This document shows positions 19,720 through 28,388 of a DNA stretch of 64,000 nt, piece by piece. The notes under the pieces were generated by a model, which was given only the letters and a program-made list of their open reading frames with translations, did not search any database and was not told the DNA's origin. The position numbers and the translations under genes were made by a program. Every line of letters starts with the position of its first letter. Within the stretch, counting starts at the first letter, position 1. Source of the stretch: Nitrospinota bacterium (GTDB lineage: Bacteria; UBA8248); the NCBI GenBank assembly GCA_046581755.1, contig JAYGFR010000031.1, positions 1-64,000 on the forward strand, read 5' to 3'.

Positions 19720-20799
19720 TCAGATCAACTCATAGAAAAAATTTCGCCGCCGGAGGGTGAAGCCCGCGGCCCCGGCCATGCGGTGAAGATCGGCTTCGTT
19801 CAGGCAATGGACCGTACCCGCCGAGCTTACCACGTTCTCCTCCAACATGGTCGAGCCCATGTCGTTCGCCCCGAAGCGCAGCGAAAGCTCGCCCACCTTC
19901 ATCCCCTGGGTCACCCAGGAGGATTGGATGTTCTCGAAGTTGTCCAGGTAGAGGCGGCTGATGGCCAGGGTGCGCAGATACTCGCTGCTGCCCACCGTCT
20001 GCGCCTTGAGCGCCGCCGATCCGTCGTTCTGGAACGTCCAGCAGATAAACGCCGTGAACCCGCCGGTCTCGTCCTGGAGCTCCCGGAGGCGGTCCAGGTG
20101 TTCGATCCGCTCGGCGGGGGTTTCGACGTGGCCGAACATCATCGTCGCCGACGAGCGAAGGCCCAGCCGGTGCGCCTGGCGCATTACGTCGAGCCAGCCA
20201 TCCGAATCCACCTTGAGGCGCGCGATTTGGCGCCGGACCCGGTCCACCAGAATCTCGCCGCCCCCGCCCGGTATCGAATCGAGGCCCGCCTCCCGGAGGC
20301 GGACGATCACCCGCTCGTAGGGAATGTCCTCGAGCTTGGAGATATGGTGAATCTCGGGCGGGCTCAGCGCGTGGAGATGGAGATCCGGATACTCCATCTT
20401 CAGCCAGCGGAACAGATCTTCGTACCATTCGATCCGAAGGTCCGGGTGATGCCCTCCCTGGAGGAGGATCTGCTTCCCGCCAGCGGCATAGAGCTCGTCC
20501 AGCTTTTGGCGAATCTCCTCCTTGGTGCGGATGTAGGCCTCGGGGTGATCCCCGGGCGGGCGGTAGAAGGCGCAGAAGGTGCAATAGACATCGCAGACAT
20601 TCGTGTAGTTAATGTTGCGGTCGATGCAGTAGGTGGCAAAACCTTCGGGGTGCTTTCGGGCGCGGACCTCATCCGCCGCCGCGCCCAGGGCGGGCAGATC
20701 GTCTCCCTCGAGCAGGGCCAGGCCCTCCTCCATCGAGAGCCGCTCGCCCCCGGCTGCTTTTTCCAGCGCCTCGTAAAACGCCGATGTCGCCGTCGTCAT
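19720..20799 (-). CDS. mqnC: Cyclic dehypoxanthine futalosine synthase (radical SAM)
   Basis: DRNINYTNVCDVYCTFCAF, LQGGHHP, PGGGGEIL, QSSWVTQG and EENVVSSAG motifs. Start ATG 20799 after GAGG. Confidence 0.92.
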   Translation of the reverse strand: MTTATSAFYEALEKAAGGERLSMEEGLALLEGDDLPALGAAADEVRARKHPEGFATYCIDRNINYTNVCDVYCTFCAFYRPPGDHPEAYIRTKEEIRQKLDELYAAGGKQILLQGGHHPDLRIEWYEDLFRWLKMEYPDLHLHALSPPEIHHISKLEDIPYERVIVRLREAGLDSIPGGGGEILVDRVRRQIARLKVDSDGWLDVMRQAHRLGLRSSATMMFGHVETPAERIEHLDRLRELQDETGGFTAFICWTFQNDGSAALKAQTVGSSEYLRTLAISRLYLDNFENIQSSWVTQGMKVGELSLRFGANDMGSTMLEENVVSSAGTVHCLNEADLHRMAGAAGFTLRRRNFFYELI

Positions 20800-20894
20800 G
20801 ATTTCCTCGGATCCGGTCGCCCGGGGTGATATGGAGCGGGGAGTATACGGGGGTTTCCCCATCCGGGCGAGGGTGGGCATCCTCCCGCCAATTG

Positions 20895-20925
20895 TTGACA
20901 AGTCCAGATATTGGGACTATATAAT
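20895..20925 (+). promoter_or_regulatory. Sigma70-like promoter with a dyad in the spacer
   Basis: TTGACA at 20895 and TATATAAT at 20918-20925. Spacer dyad AGTCC-N8-GGACT. Confidence 0.55.
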
Positions 20926-21242
20926 CTTAATATAAAAGCGCTACCCCCAGCCGGGGTCACCCGGCCCCTCCTCGAATCGGACCATCTGGTACACGCGCCG
21001 GTGCCCCTACACCGCCCTGCCCCGGCGGGAAATTCATTCATCCCATCTCCCCCGCCGGGGTGTTGCCCGCCGGGGTCTTGGAAAAGCATCCTCCATTCTT
21101 CTTCCCCTTGGCCATTTATTTCCATACCCGCACTCAAGCTCCCACCACCACACTCCCCTTGCACCACTCCTCCCAGCCACCACACCTCCCCGAACGCACC
21201 GTCCCGCAGCCGGCAGGTTCAAATTTCCCGGTTTTCGCCCCC

Positions 21243-21286
21243 TTGACGCACATAAAAATTATATATATATTGTATATACTTTTTAT
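21243..21286 (+). promoter_or_regulatory. mazEF promoter with palindromic operator
   Basis: TTGACG-N17-TATATT. 14-bp inverted repeat (13/14 match) at 21252-21265 and 21273-21286. Confidence 0.75.
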
Positions 21287-21288
21287 TT

Positions 21289-21546
21289 ATGGGGATACTT
21301 GCCGTGGCCACCCAGATTGGAAAGTGGGGAAACAGCTTGGCCGTCAGGATTCCATCCGCCCTGGCGGAGCAATTCGGCTTGAAGGAAGGCTCTCCGGTGG
21401 AGATCATTACCGACGACCGGGGGCTCCTGGTCCGGAAGCCCGGCTACCGGCTGGAGGATCTCCTCGCGGGCATCACCCCCGAAAACCTGCCCCAAGAGCC
21501 TTCTCCCGGCCCGGCCGTGGGAGGTACGGACGGGGGAGGCGGATGA
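21289..21546 (+). CDS. mazE: AbrB/MazE antitoxin
   Basis: KWGNSLAVRIP and YRLEDLLAGITPENL motifs. Confidence 0.9.
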   Translation: MGILAVATQIGKWGNSLAVRIPSALAEQFGLKEGSPVEIITDDRGLLVRKPGYRLEDLLAGITPENLPQEPSPGPAVGGTDGGGG

Positions 21547-21869
21547 GATCCGGTCTCGTCCCGGATCGCGGCGACATCCTCTTCCTGGATGGGGGCGCCG
21601 GACAGCGCGGCCGGGCCCCGGCTCTCATCGTCTCGCCCCGGGCCTACAACCGCGCCACCGGCCTTGCGCTCGCCTGTCCCATTATTCAAACCCCCGGGGG
21701 CTATCCGTTCGAGGTGCTCCTCCCCGGCAACCTGGGCATCGCCGGAGCGGTCCTCGCCGACCGGCCCCAAAGCCTCGACTGGCGCTCCCGCCGCCCCGAA
21801 TTCGCCGCCCACGCCCCCAAGGCCGTCCTCGAGGAAATCGCCGCGAAGATAGCCATCTTGCTTGAGTGA
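21543..21869 (+). CDS. mazF: PemK/MazF family toxin (divergent active site)
   Basis: ATG 21543 overlaps the mazE stop. VPDRGDI, PALIVSPRAYN, GYPFEV and SLDWRSR motifs. Confidence 0.88.
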   Translation: MRSGLVPDRGDILFLDGGAGQRGRAPALIVSPRAYNRATGLALACPIIQTPGGYPFEVLLPGNLGIAGAVLADRPQSLDWRSRRPEFAAHAPKAVLEEIAAKIAILLE

Positions 21870-21979
21870 GGGGGGGGGGATACCCATCAGATTTCATCAA
21901 TATGATCACACACGGATATCCATTGCACCCGGATGGCGGGACGCCGGGGGTCGTGCGGAAGTATCGGGCCGGGCCGGCG

Positions 21980-22522
21980 CTAGATACTAATCACCTTCCC
22001 GTTGAGCTTGATCTCGCTTTTGAGCGGGACGGCGGCCTGGACCATGGCTTCGGCGAAACACCCCTGCTTGGCGTTTTTGATGAGGGCGAGGACGCGCTCC
22101 TCGGGGGCGTCGGATTCGACGGTGAAGTACGTCCGGGTTTCGAGGCATTCGGCTTTCACGGTGCCCCTCAGGACGGAGCCGGAGAGAAGGTAGTCCATCT
22201 CGACGCGGACCTTGCTGCTCTTGTATTCGATTTTCATCATGCTCGCGTACCGCGAGAGTTGGGTGAGCAGTCAGAAGCCGACTCCCATGCAGATGTAGGT
22301 GAGGGGCTGGGGGTGCTCGTCCTTTCCGCCCAGATCGGCGGGCTCGTCGCACATGACCTCGAAGTGGCGGTGTCGGCCGACCTTGAGCTGGGAGCCCGGG
22401 GGCGCCTCGGTGTCGGCGAACTGCTTGACCAGAAGGCCCTGCCGGGGGAGCTCGGGTTTGTCGATCACCCGCTCGCCGGGGGCGGTGCTCATGTCGCGGT
22501 GGAGGAGGGGCTTATCGTTCAT
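21980..22522 (-). CDS. OsmC-like selenoprotein, paralog 1 (Sec84), 180 aa
   Basis: CDEP..GG.D..PQPLTYICMGVGF-TGA(22271-22273)-LLTQLSRYA continues in frame into track ORF 21980..22240, which carries a second Cys in NAKQGCF. Confidence 0.87.
22242..22256 (-). promoter_or_regulatory. Candidate SECIS hairpin (OsmC-like 1)
   Basis: CTCGCG-GTA-CGCGAG at +15 to +29 after the TGA. Confidence 0.7.
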
Positions 22523-22559
22523 GGGACGCCTCTTCAAGAAAAAGGAATTGGAGCTGGGC

Positions 22560-23981
22560 TCATCCGACCGGCGGCCGAAGCGCCCGGATTTCCGGGGTCG
22601 CACTCTCGTAGGCATGGGCGCACCGGAGCGCGGCGGCCTCGCGCCAGGGGGCGGTGACGATGTCGAGCGAAAGGGGCAGGCCGATTTTGTTCAGCCCCAT
22701 GGGCACGACCAGCGAGGGGCAGCCGGTCATGTTGTGGCAGGAGAGAAACGGGCGGTGGAGGTAGCTGAAGGGAAGGTCTCGCCCGTTCATCTCGGCCATC
22801 AGGGTTTCGATGGGCGGGGCGGCGCAGGGGACCGAGGGCATGATCATGGCGTCGGCATCTTTTAAAAACGCGGCCGCCTCGCGCCGGAGCAGGACCCGCT
22901 CTCGCATGGCGTGGACATAATCGTCCAGCGGAATCTGGGCCGACCACTCGTAGCGCTCGCGCACGTCGTCTCCATAGCCATCGGGGTTTTCCTCGTAATA
23001 CGGCCGGTGAAACGCGGCGAACTCGGGCCCGGCGATCTTGGGAAACAGCTCCCCGAAGCGGCCGGCGTTCGGGAAGGAGACCTCCTCGATATTCGCGCCC
23101 AGATCCCGGAACACAATCGCCGCACGGGCGAAGGCCTCTAAAATCTCGGAGTCCACCTCGGAGTTAGAGTAAAAATCAGGACAAATAAAAATCCGGCTGC
23201 CCGCGACGCCCTTGTCGATCCCCTCGGTGTAATCGGGCACGGAAACGTCCCGCGTTTTCGAATCCAGCGGATCGAAACCGGCCATGACGTTCAGGAACAT
23301 CGCCGCGTCTTTTGCGCTGCGCGTCATCGGGCCGCAATGGTCCAGGCTCAGGACGTTCGGGCAGATCCCCCGGATGCTCACCCGCCCGTGGGTGGGCTTG
23401 AGGCCGACGATGCCGCAAAAGGCCGCCGGGGTGCGCACCGATCCGCCCGTGTCGGTGCCCAGCGCGGCGGGGATCATGCCCGCCGAGACCGCCGCCGCCG
23501 AGCCGCCGCTCGAGCCGCCGACGATACGATCCGGGTTCCAGGGATTGTGCGAGGTGCCCCAGTGGGGGTTGATGGTGGTCGATGCGGCGGCGAACTCGTG
23601 GGTATGGGTCTTCCCGATCAGGATGGCCCCGGCCCGCTTGAGGCGGGCGATGACTTCGGCGTCCTCTGCGGGCACGTTGTCCCGGTGGAACGATGATCCG
23701 TTCGTGGTGCGGATTCCGGCGGTGTCGATGATGTCCTTCGCACCGTAGGGGATGCCGTGCAGGGGGCCCCGATAGCGGCCCGCGGCGATTTCGTCTCCGG
23801 CCCGCCGGGCCTCCTCCATCGCCAGCTCGCCCGTGACGGTCAAAAAGCCCAGGTACTCTTCGTTCAGCGCCTCGATGCGCCCCAGGAGGGCCTCGACGAT
23901 TTCGGCCGGGGAGAGAGAGCGGTTTTTAATTTTCCCGGAGAGCTCGAATACGCTCAAATCGCAAAGGGCATCATCCACCAC
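22560..23981 (-). CDS. Amidase signature family protein
   Basis: GPLHGIPYGAKD, GGSSGGS and GTDTGGSVR motifs. Start GTG about 23981 after GGAGGA. Confidence 0.9.
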   Translation of the reverse strand: MVDDALCDLSVFELSGKIKNRSLSPAEIVEALLGRIEALNEEYLGFLTVTGELAMEEARRAGDEIAAGRYRGPLHGIPYGAKDIIDTAGIRTTNGSSFHRDNVPAEDAEVIARLKRAGAILIGKTHTHEFAAASTTINPHWGTSHNPWNPDRIVGGSSGGSAAAVSAGMIPAALGTDTGGSVRTPAAFCGIVGLKPTHGRVSIRGICPNVLSLDHCGPMTRSAKDAAMFLNVMAGFDPLDSKTRDVSVPDYTEGIDKGVAGSRIFICPDFYSNSEVDSEILEAFARAAIVFRDLGANIEEVSFPNAGRFGELFPKIAGPEFAAFHRPYYEENPDGYGDDVRERYEWSAQIPLDDYVHAMRERVLLRREAAAFLKDADAMIMPSVPCAAPPIETLMAEMNGRDLPFSYLHRPFLSCHNMTGCPSLVVPMGLNKIGLPLSLDIVTAPWREAAALRCAHAYESATPEIRALRPPVG

Positions 23982-24010
23982 GGCAGCCACTCCTCCCAGA
24001 TTTTGGCTGG

Positions 24011-24778
24011 CTATCTTCCCGGCGCATGAAGAATGCGCGTTTTTTTCTTCAGCGTCCTGAGCATCAGGTAGACGATCAGGCTGAGGGAGAAAATAACAGC
24101 CCAGCCCGTATCGATAACGAATTCTTTTTTCACGGTCCAATCGCCGATGGCCTGGAACAGGGTCATCACCGCGATCACGCAGAAAAACCCCGAATACTCT
24201 CTCCGCAGGACCGTCCTCGCCGAGAAAGGAAACGAGGGTTTCTCCCAGTTCGAAAATCTGGGGAAAATAACCGGTGTCCGCTCCGTCCAGCGGAGATATT
24301 CATCCCCGAATTTTTCGCGCAAAAACTCTTCCTCCCGCAAGATGATCCGCTCGTAGTAAATCCAGAAAAACATCGCGAGCAACACCAACGTGAGGGGCGA
24401 TTGCAAGAAGAGAAGCAGGCCCGAGACCATAACGAAGTTTCCCAGATAAAGCGGGTTCCGGCAGAGGGAGTACATGCCGGTGGTGTTGAGCTGGCTGGCC
24501 TTTTGATTTTTCGTGATTCGGCCCGAGGTTCCGGCCGGGGCGTGTCCGACGCTGAGCGCCCGGATGGCCAGGCCGGACAGGGAAACCGCCAGGCAGACGA
24601 TTTCGAGAACGCCGGCCCAGAACTCCGAGTTCATCGGAAAGCGGTAATGGCGGAACTCGTAGAGGACCACCGGAACGATCGCCAGGGGGAGGTAGCCCCT
24701 CCAGCGGAAAAGCCAGTCGCCTTGTCTGACCATATCCTCTTTCAGCATGGCACCACGGCTTTCGAGTTCAAGAGACAT
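24011..24778 (-). CDS. Membrane methyltransferase, ICMT-like/lipid A phosphate methyltransferase (LmtA) family
   Basis: QGDWLFRWRGYLP, GTSGR, YSLCRNPLYLGN, YYERI and RREY. Start at 24778 or 24748. Confidence 0.75.
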   Translation of the reverse strand: MSLELESRGAMLKEDMVRQGDWLFRWRGYLPLAIVPVVLYEFRHYRFPMNSEFWAGVLEIVCLAVSLSGLAIRALSVGHAPAGTSGRITKNQKASQLNTTGMYSLCRNPLYLGNFVMVSGLLLFLQSPLTLVLLAMFFWIYYERIILREEEFLREKFGDEYLRWTERTPVIFPRFSNWEKPSFPFSARTVLRREYSGFFCVIAVMTLFQAIGDWTVKKEFVIDTGWAVIFSLSLIVYLMLRTLKKKTRILHAPGR

Positions 24779-24827
24779 TCGGCGTCCAACGAAAAATTTC
24801 CATAACCCGCGCGGCCCGGCGCGCCGC

Positions 24828-25634
24828 CTACTCTTCCATTCTGGCCCGGTCCGCCTCCCACCCCCCGGGGGCGAGGCCGTCCTCGGCGAGATATGCGTAG
24901 TAGCGCCGGAGGCCCTCTTCCTCATCCGCCCCCACATCGTAGCGGATACAGTTCGTCAGGTAATCCCTCGCCGTGGCCTCGTCGATATAGGGCAGCTCCC
25001 GGGCGGCCCGGGCGATGATCTCATCCAGGCGGCGGACGCCCTCTTCCTTCGCCTCCCGGAGCAGGCGGCAGGCCCCGGCGTCTCCGGCCCTCGGCCGGAA
25101 CAACCAGACCGCATAGAGAAACGGCAGGCCGGTGAACTCCGTCCACACCCCGCCCAGGTCGATGAGGTCGAGGCCGCCCGCCTCCTCGCGCAGGGCGTTG
25201 TCGCCGATGAGGAGGAAGGCATCGAGAGATTTGTCTTCGCGCGGCGGGCGCCGGGGATCGATGGACACGAATTCGGGCGCGGCGCCCCATTTCCGGGAGA
25301 TGATGACACGCGCCATGTTGGCGGCCGAAAGGGACCAGGCGTCCAGGCCGACGCGCCGGAGCTCCCCGGGCGGCTTCCGGCAGAACAGGCGGATGCTCTT
25401 CACCCGCCCCCGGCTGGCAATCCCCACGCCGGGCACATAGCGGGCCCCGGGCAGATGAAACATCGCGAAGGAGGAAACCAGCGCGGCATCCACCCCGCCC
25501 TCCTCGAGCAGGGGCAACAGCCGCGCGGGGGGCTCGGCGCGGAGTTCCACCTCCGCCCGGTTTTCGAGGGCGAGAGTGAGAGGAACCGCGTTGAGGAAGG
25601 GAACCGTACCGAGCTTCAGGCCTTGACCGCCCAT
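24828..25634 (-). CDS. mqnA: Chorismate dehydratase
   Basis: VPFLNAVPL, LIGDNAL and DLGGVWTEFTGLPFLYAVW motifs. Directly follows mqnE. Confidence 0.9.
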   Translation of the reverse strand: MGGQGLKLGTVPFLNAVPLTLALENRAEVELRAEPPARLLPLLEEGGVDAALVSSFAMFHLPGARYVPGVGIASRGRVKSIRLFCRKPPGELRRVGLDAWSLSAANMARVIISRKWGAAPEFVSIDPRRPPREDKSLDAFLLIGDNALREEAGGLDLIDLGGVWTEFTGLPFLYAVWLFRPRAGDAGACRLLREAKEEGVRRLDEIIARAARELPYIDEATARDYLTNCIRYDVGADEEEGLRRYYAYLAEDGLAPGGWEADRARMEE

Positions 25635-26755
25635 GTATCTCCCAGGCGCTTCACCTCGCGGTAGAGCGTGTCGCGCTCGACGGGCCTGCGGCCCACCTCT
25701 TCGATGATGCGGCGAATCTCGTCCACGCCGATTTCCTGCGGCGTCTGGGCGCCGGCCATGTGATAGATCTTCTCCTGGACGACGGTTCCGTCGATATCGT
25801 CCACCCCGAAGCGCTGGCTGATCTGCGCGATGGGCACACCGACCATGATCCAGTAGGCCTTGATGTGATCGATGTTGTCGAGAAGGAGCCGGGCGGCGGC
25901 GTAGTTGCGGATATCGAGCAGCCCGCCCGGGCCGGGCACGTCCGCCATTTGCGAATTATCCGGGTGAAAGGCGAGCGGGATGAACGTCGTGAAGCCGCCC
26001 GTCTCGTCCTGAAGCTCGCGGAGCCGCAGCATGTGGTCCACCCGGTCCTCGTCGGTTTCGACGTGGCCGTAGAGCATGGTGCAGGAGCTCCGGAGGCCCA
26101 TGCCGTGGGCGATGCGGTGGACATCGAGCCAATCCTCGGCGGATTGTTTTCCCTTGCAGATGACAGAGCGCGTGGGCTCGGCGAAAATCTCCGCCCCACC
26201 ACCCGTGAGCGAGCCCAGCCCCGCCCGCACCAGCGCCCCCAGCGTCTCCTCGACGCTCATCTTCGCGACATGGTCCGCCAGCCAGCGGATCTCGGTGGAG
26301 GTGAAGATTTTGAGGTGGAGATGGGGGTGAATCTCCTTGATGCCGTGGATCATCTCCAGGTAGTAATCGAAGGGAAGGTCCGGGTGCAACCCGCCCACCA
26401 TGTGAAACTCGGTGCGCCCCTTGCCGAGGCCCTCGGCCATCTTGAATATTTCTTCGAGCGAGTAGGCGTAGGCGCCCTCCTGGCCCTCTTTTCTGGCGAA
26501 CGCGCAGAACTTGCACGCCTTCCAGAGAACGCAGACGTTCGAGTAATTGATGTGGCTGTTGACGTTGTAGTAGGTGGCGTCCCCGTGCATGCGCTCTCGC
26601 ACGAGGTTCGCCATGTGGCCGAGGCCGGCGATGTCATCCGTCCGGTAGAGGCGCACCCCCTCCTCGAACGAGAGCCGCTCGCCCGCCTCCACCTTCTCGA
26701 AAATATCCGCCAACGGCCCGCGCCGGAGCCGCCGGGCCATGAATGTTTCAGTCAT
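25616..26755 (-). CDS. mqnE: Aminofutalosine synthase (radical SAM)
   Basis: VGGLHPD, GGGAEIF, TMLYGHVE, IPLAFHPDN, HIKAYW and EKIYHMAGA motifs. Confidence 0.92.
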   Translation of the reverse strand: MTETFMARRLRRGPLADIFEKVEAGERLSFEEGVRLYRTDDIAGLGHMANLVRERMHGDATYYNVNSHINYSNVCVLWKACKFCAFARKEGQEGAYAYSLEEIFKMAEGLGKGRTEFHMVGGLHPDLPFDYYLEMIHGIKEIHPHLHLKIFTSTEIRWLADHVAKMSVEETLGALVRAGLGSLTGGGAEIFAEPTRSVICKGKQSAEDWLDVHRIAHGMGLRSSCTMLYGHVETDEDRVDHMLRLRELQDETGGFTTFIPLAFHPDNSQMADVPGPGGLLDIRNYAAARLLLDNIDHIKAYWIMVGVPIAQISQRFGVDDIDGTVVQEKIYHMAGAQTPQEIGVDEIRRIIEEVGRRPVERDTLYREVKRLGDTWAVKA

Positions 26756-26916
26756 CGAACCCACTCAGCCAAAGCCCCCGAAACCCCCAAGAGGCGGGTT
26801 TTTGAACCTACCGGACAACCCGGCAAGTGTCGTATCTAGAAAGGGGGGGTGTCAATGCAGGCCCGGCCTTGCAGGCATCCCTTGCTCCCCCGGCCCGACA
26901 GGGAGCCCGGTGCCCC

Positions 26917-27123
26917 CTACCCCCCGAAAATATCGCGCGGGTGTTTTTCGCTCAGCATCGCCTCGTTGATCATCCAGTTCTCCCGGGGCACGTCCTCGAA
27001 CATCACCCAGACGGCCTCGGGGGGCGCGGCGGTGTTGTGCATGATGACTTCGTGGATCTCGCTGGCGATTTGTTTTTTCGTCTCCGGCGAAAGGCCGAAG
27101 GCAGATACGCGGACCAGGGGCAT
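26917..27123 (-). CDS. 4-oxalocrotonate tautomerase family
   Basis: N-terminal Pro after Met, 68 aa, VWVMFEDVPRENW, AGGAG RBS. Confidence 0.85.
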   Translation of the reverse strand: MPLVRVSAFGLSPETKKQIASEIHEVIMHNTAAPPEAVWVMFEDVPRENWMINEAMLSEKHPRDIFGG

Positions 27124-27171
27124 AGGAGAATCTCCTTTCAGGAATGGGAGAGCGTTTCCGGCGGGCGGCCT

Positions 27172-27975
27172 CTAGGCCGCGCCTTCGTTCTCCCTCAAAA
27201 ACGCGTCCACGGCGGCATTCCAGCCCTCGGGGTTTCGCCGGTAGGAGTTGTGCCCGCCGGTTTCGAGGAGATGGAGGCTGGAGCCCTCGATCATGGCGCT
27301 CAAGTCTTCGGCGAAATAGGGCGGGGTGAGCGGATCGTCCTTGGCGGCGACGATGAGCGCCTTGTGGGCGATATTGGGGATTTCGTCCAGGCGGTCGTGC
27401 GCCAGGGTCATGTCGATCCGGGCGGTGAGGATATCGGGATCGGCGATGGTTTCTTTCTGGCGCTTTTCGAGGTCGAGCAGGATTTCGAGATCGTTGCGGA
27501 ACATGGCGGGCCCGCCCGTCCAGATGGAGCTGGCCTCGATATAGGCCTCTTGGCCGTAGGCATGGAGGATTCGCCGCCGGGCGATCTGGAGGCGGGTCAT
27601 ATACTCGTCCGCGCGGGTCCAGGTATTGGTGAAAACGGCCAGCCCGACGCGATCGGGATGGTCGAGGCAAAGATTCTGGAGAATGCAGCCGCCGGTCGAG
27701 GCCCCCGCGATGTGCGCCCGCTCGATTCCCAGATGGTCGAGCAGGGCGGCCGCGTCTTCGGTGATCTGTGCGGTGGTGTATCCCTCCTTGGGCTTATCGC
27801 TCTCGCCCGAGCCGCGGTGATCGAACGAGATGCACCGGTAGCGCCCGGAGAAATAGGGGAACTGGAACTCCCACATTTTCGAGAGCCCGATGAGGCCCGG
27901 AATGAAAAGAAGGGCCTCGCCCTCGCCTTCTTCGATATAGTGAATTTGAACGTCTTTCGCCTGGAATCGAGGCAT
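27172..27975 (-). CDS. Alpha/beta hydrolase (RutD-like)
   Basis: DHRGSGES, nucleophile GASTGG, DD and GGH motifs. Confidence 0.85.
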   Translation of the reverse strand: MPRFQAKDVQIHYIEEGEGEALLFIPGLIGLSKMWEFQFPYFSGRYRCISFDHRGSGESDKPKEGYTTAQITEDAAALLDHLGIERAHIAGASTGGCILQNLCLDHPDRVGLAVFTNTWTRADEYMTRLQIARRRILHAYGQEAYIEASSIWTGGPAMFRNDLEILLDLEKRQKETIADPDILTARIDMTLAHDRLDEIPNIAHKALIVAAKDDPLTPPYFAEDLSAMIEGSSLHLLETGGHNSYRRNPEGWNAAVDAFLRENEGAA

Positions 27976-28148
27976 CGTCTCTCCTCAAAAAATGCGTCAC
28001 TAAAAAAATGCGTAACTCCCCTCCGGCGCGTCCCGGGCGAAGCGGCGTCTCCGGGGGATCAACCTGCCCTGATTGGCGAATGGTTCGGAAAAGCGGCGGG
28101 GCCGCCGGGGATGGACAAGCCGCCCGCACAGGGGCATCCGCTACGGGG

Positions 28149-28334
28149 CTATCTCTCGTCCCTGTCCATTTCTTTGACGAGCAGATTTTTGTCCTTCTTG
28201 TCGCCCGGATAGGCCGGGGATCGTTCGTGCCCCATCCGGCCGAAGGCCCGGCCCAAAATGCGGTGGGCCGCGCTCTCCTCGCTGTGCTTGGGCAGAGGAG
28301 GCTGCGCTTTTTTCTTCCCGGGTTTTTCGGACAT
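28149..28334 (-). CDS. Small basic hypothetical protein
   Basis: GAGG upstream of ATG 28334. Co-directional with neighbours; no motif recognised. Confidence 0.4.
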   Translation of the reverse strand: MSEKPGKKKAQPPLPKHSEESAAHRILGRAFGRMGHERSPAYPGDKKDKNLLVKEMDRDER

Positions 28335-28388
28335 CTCAACAGACCTCAAATGATCGATTGCCTTCCGGCTGCCCGCCGGGCTCAAGCG

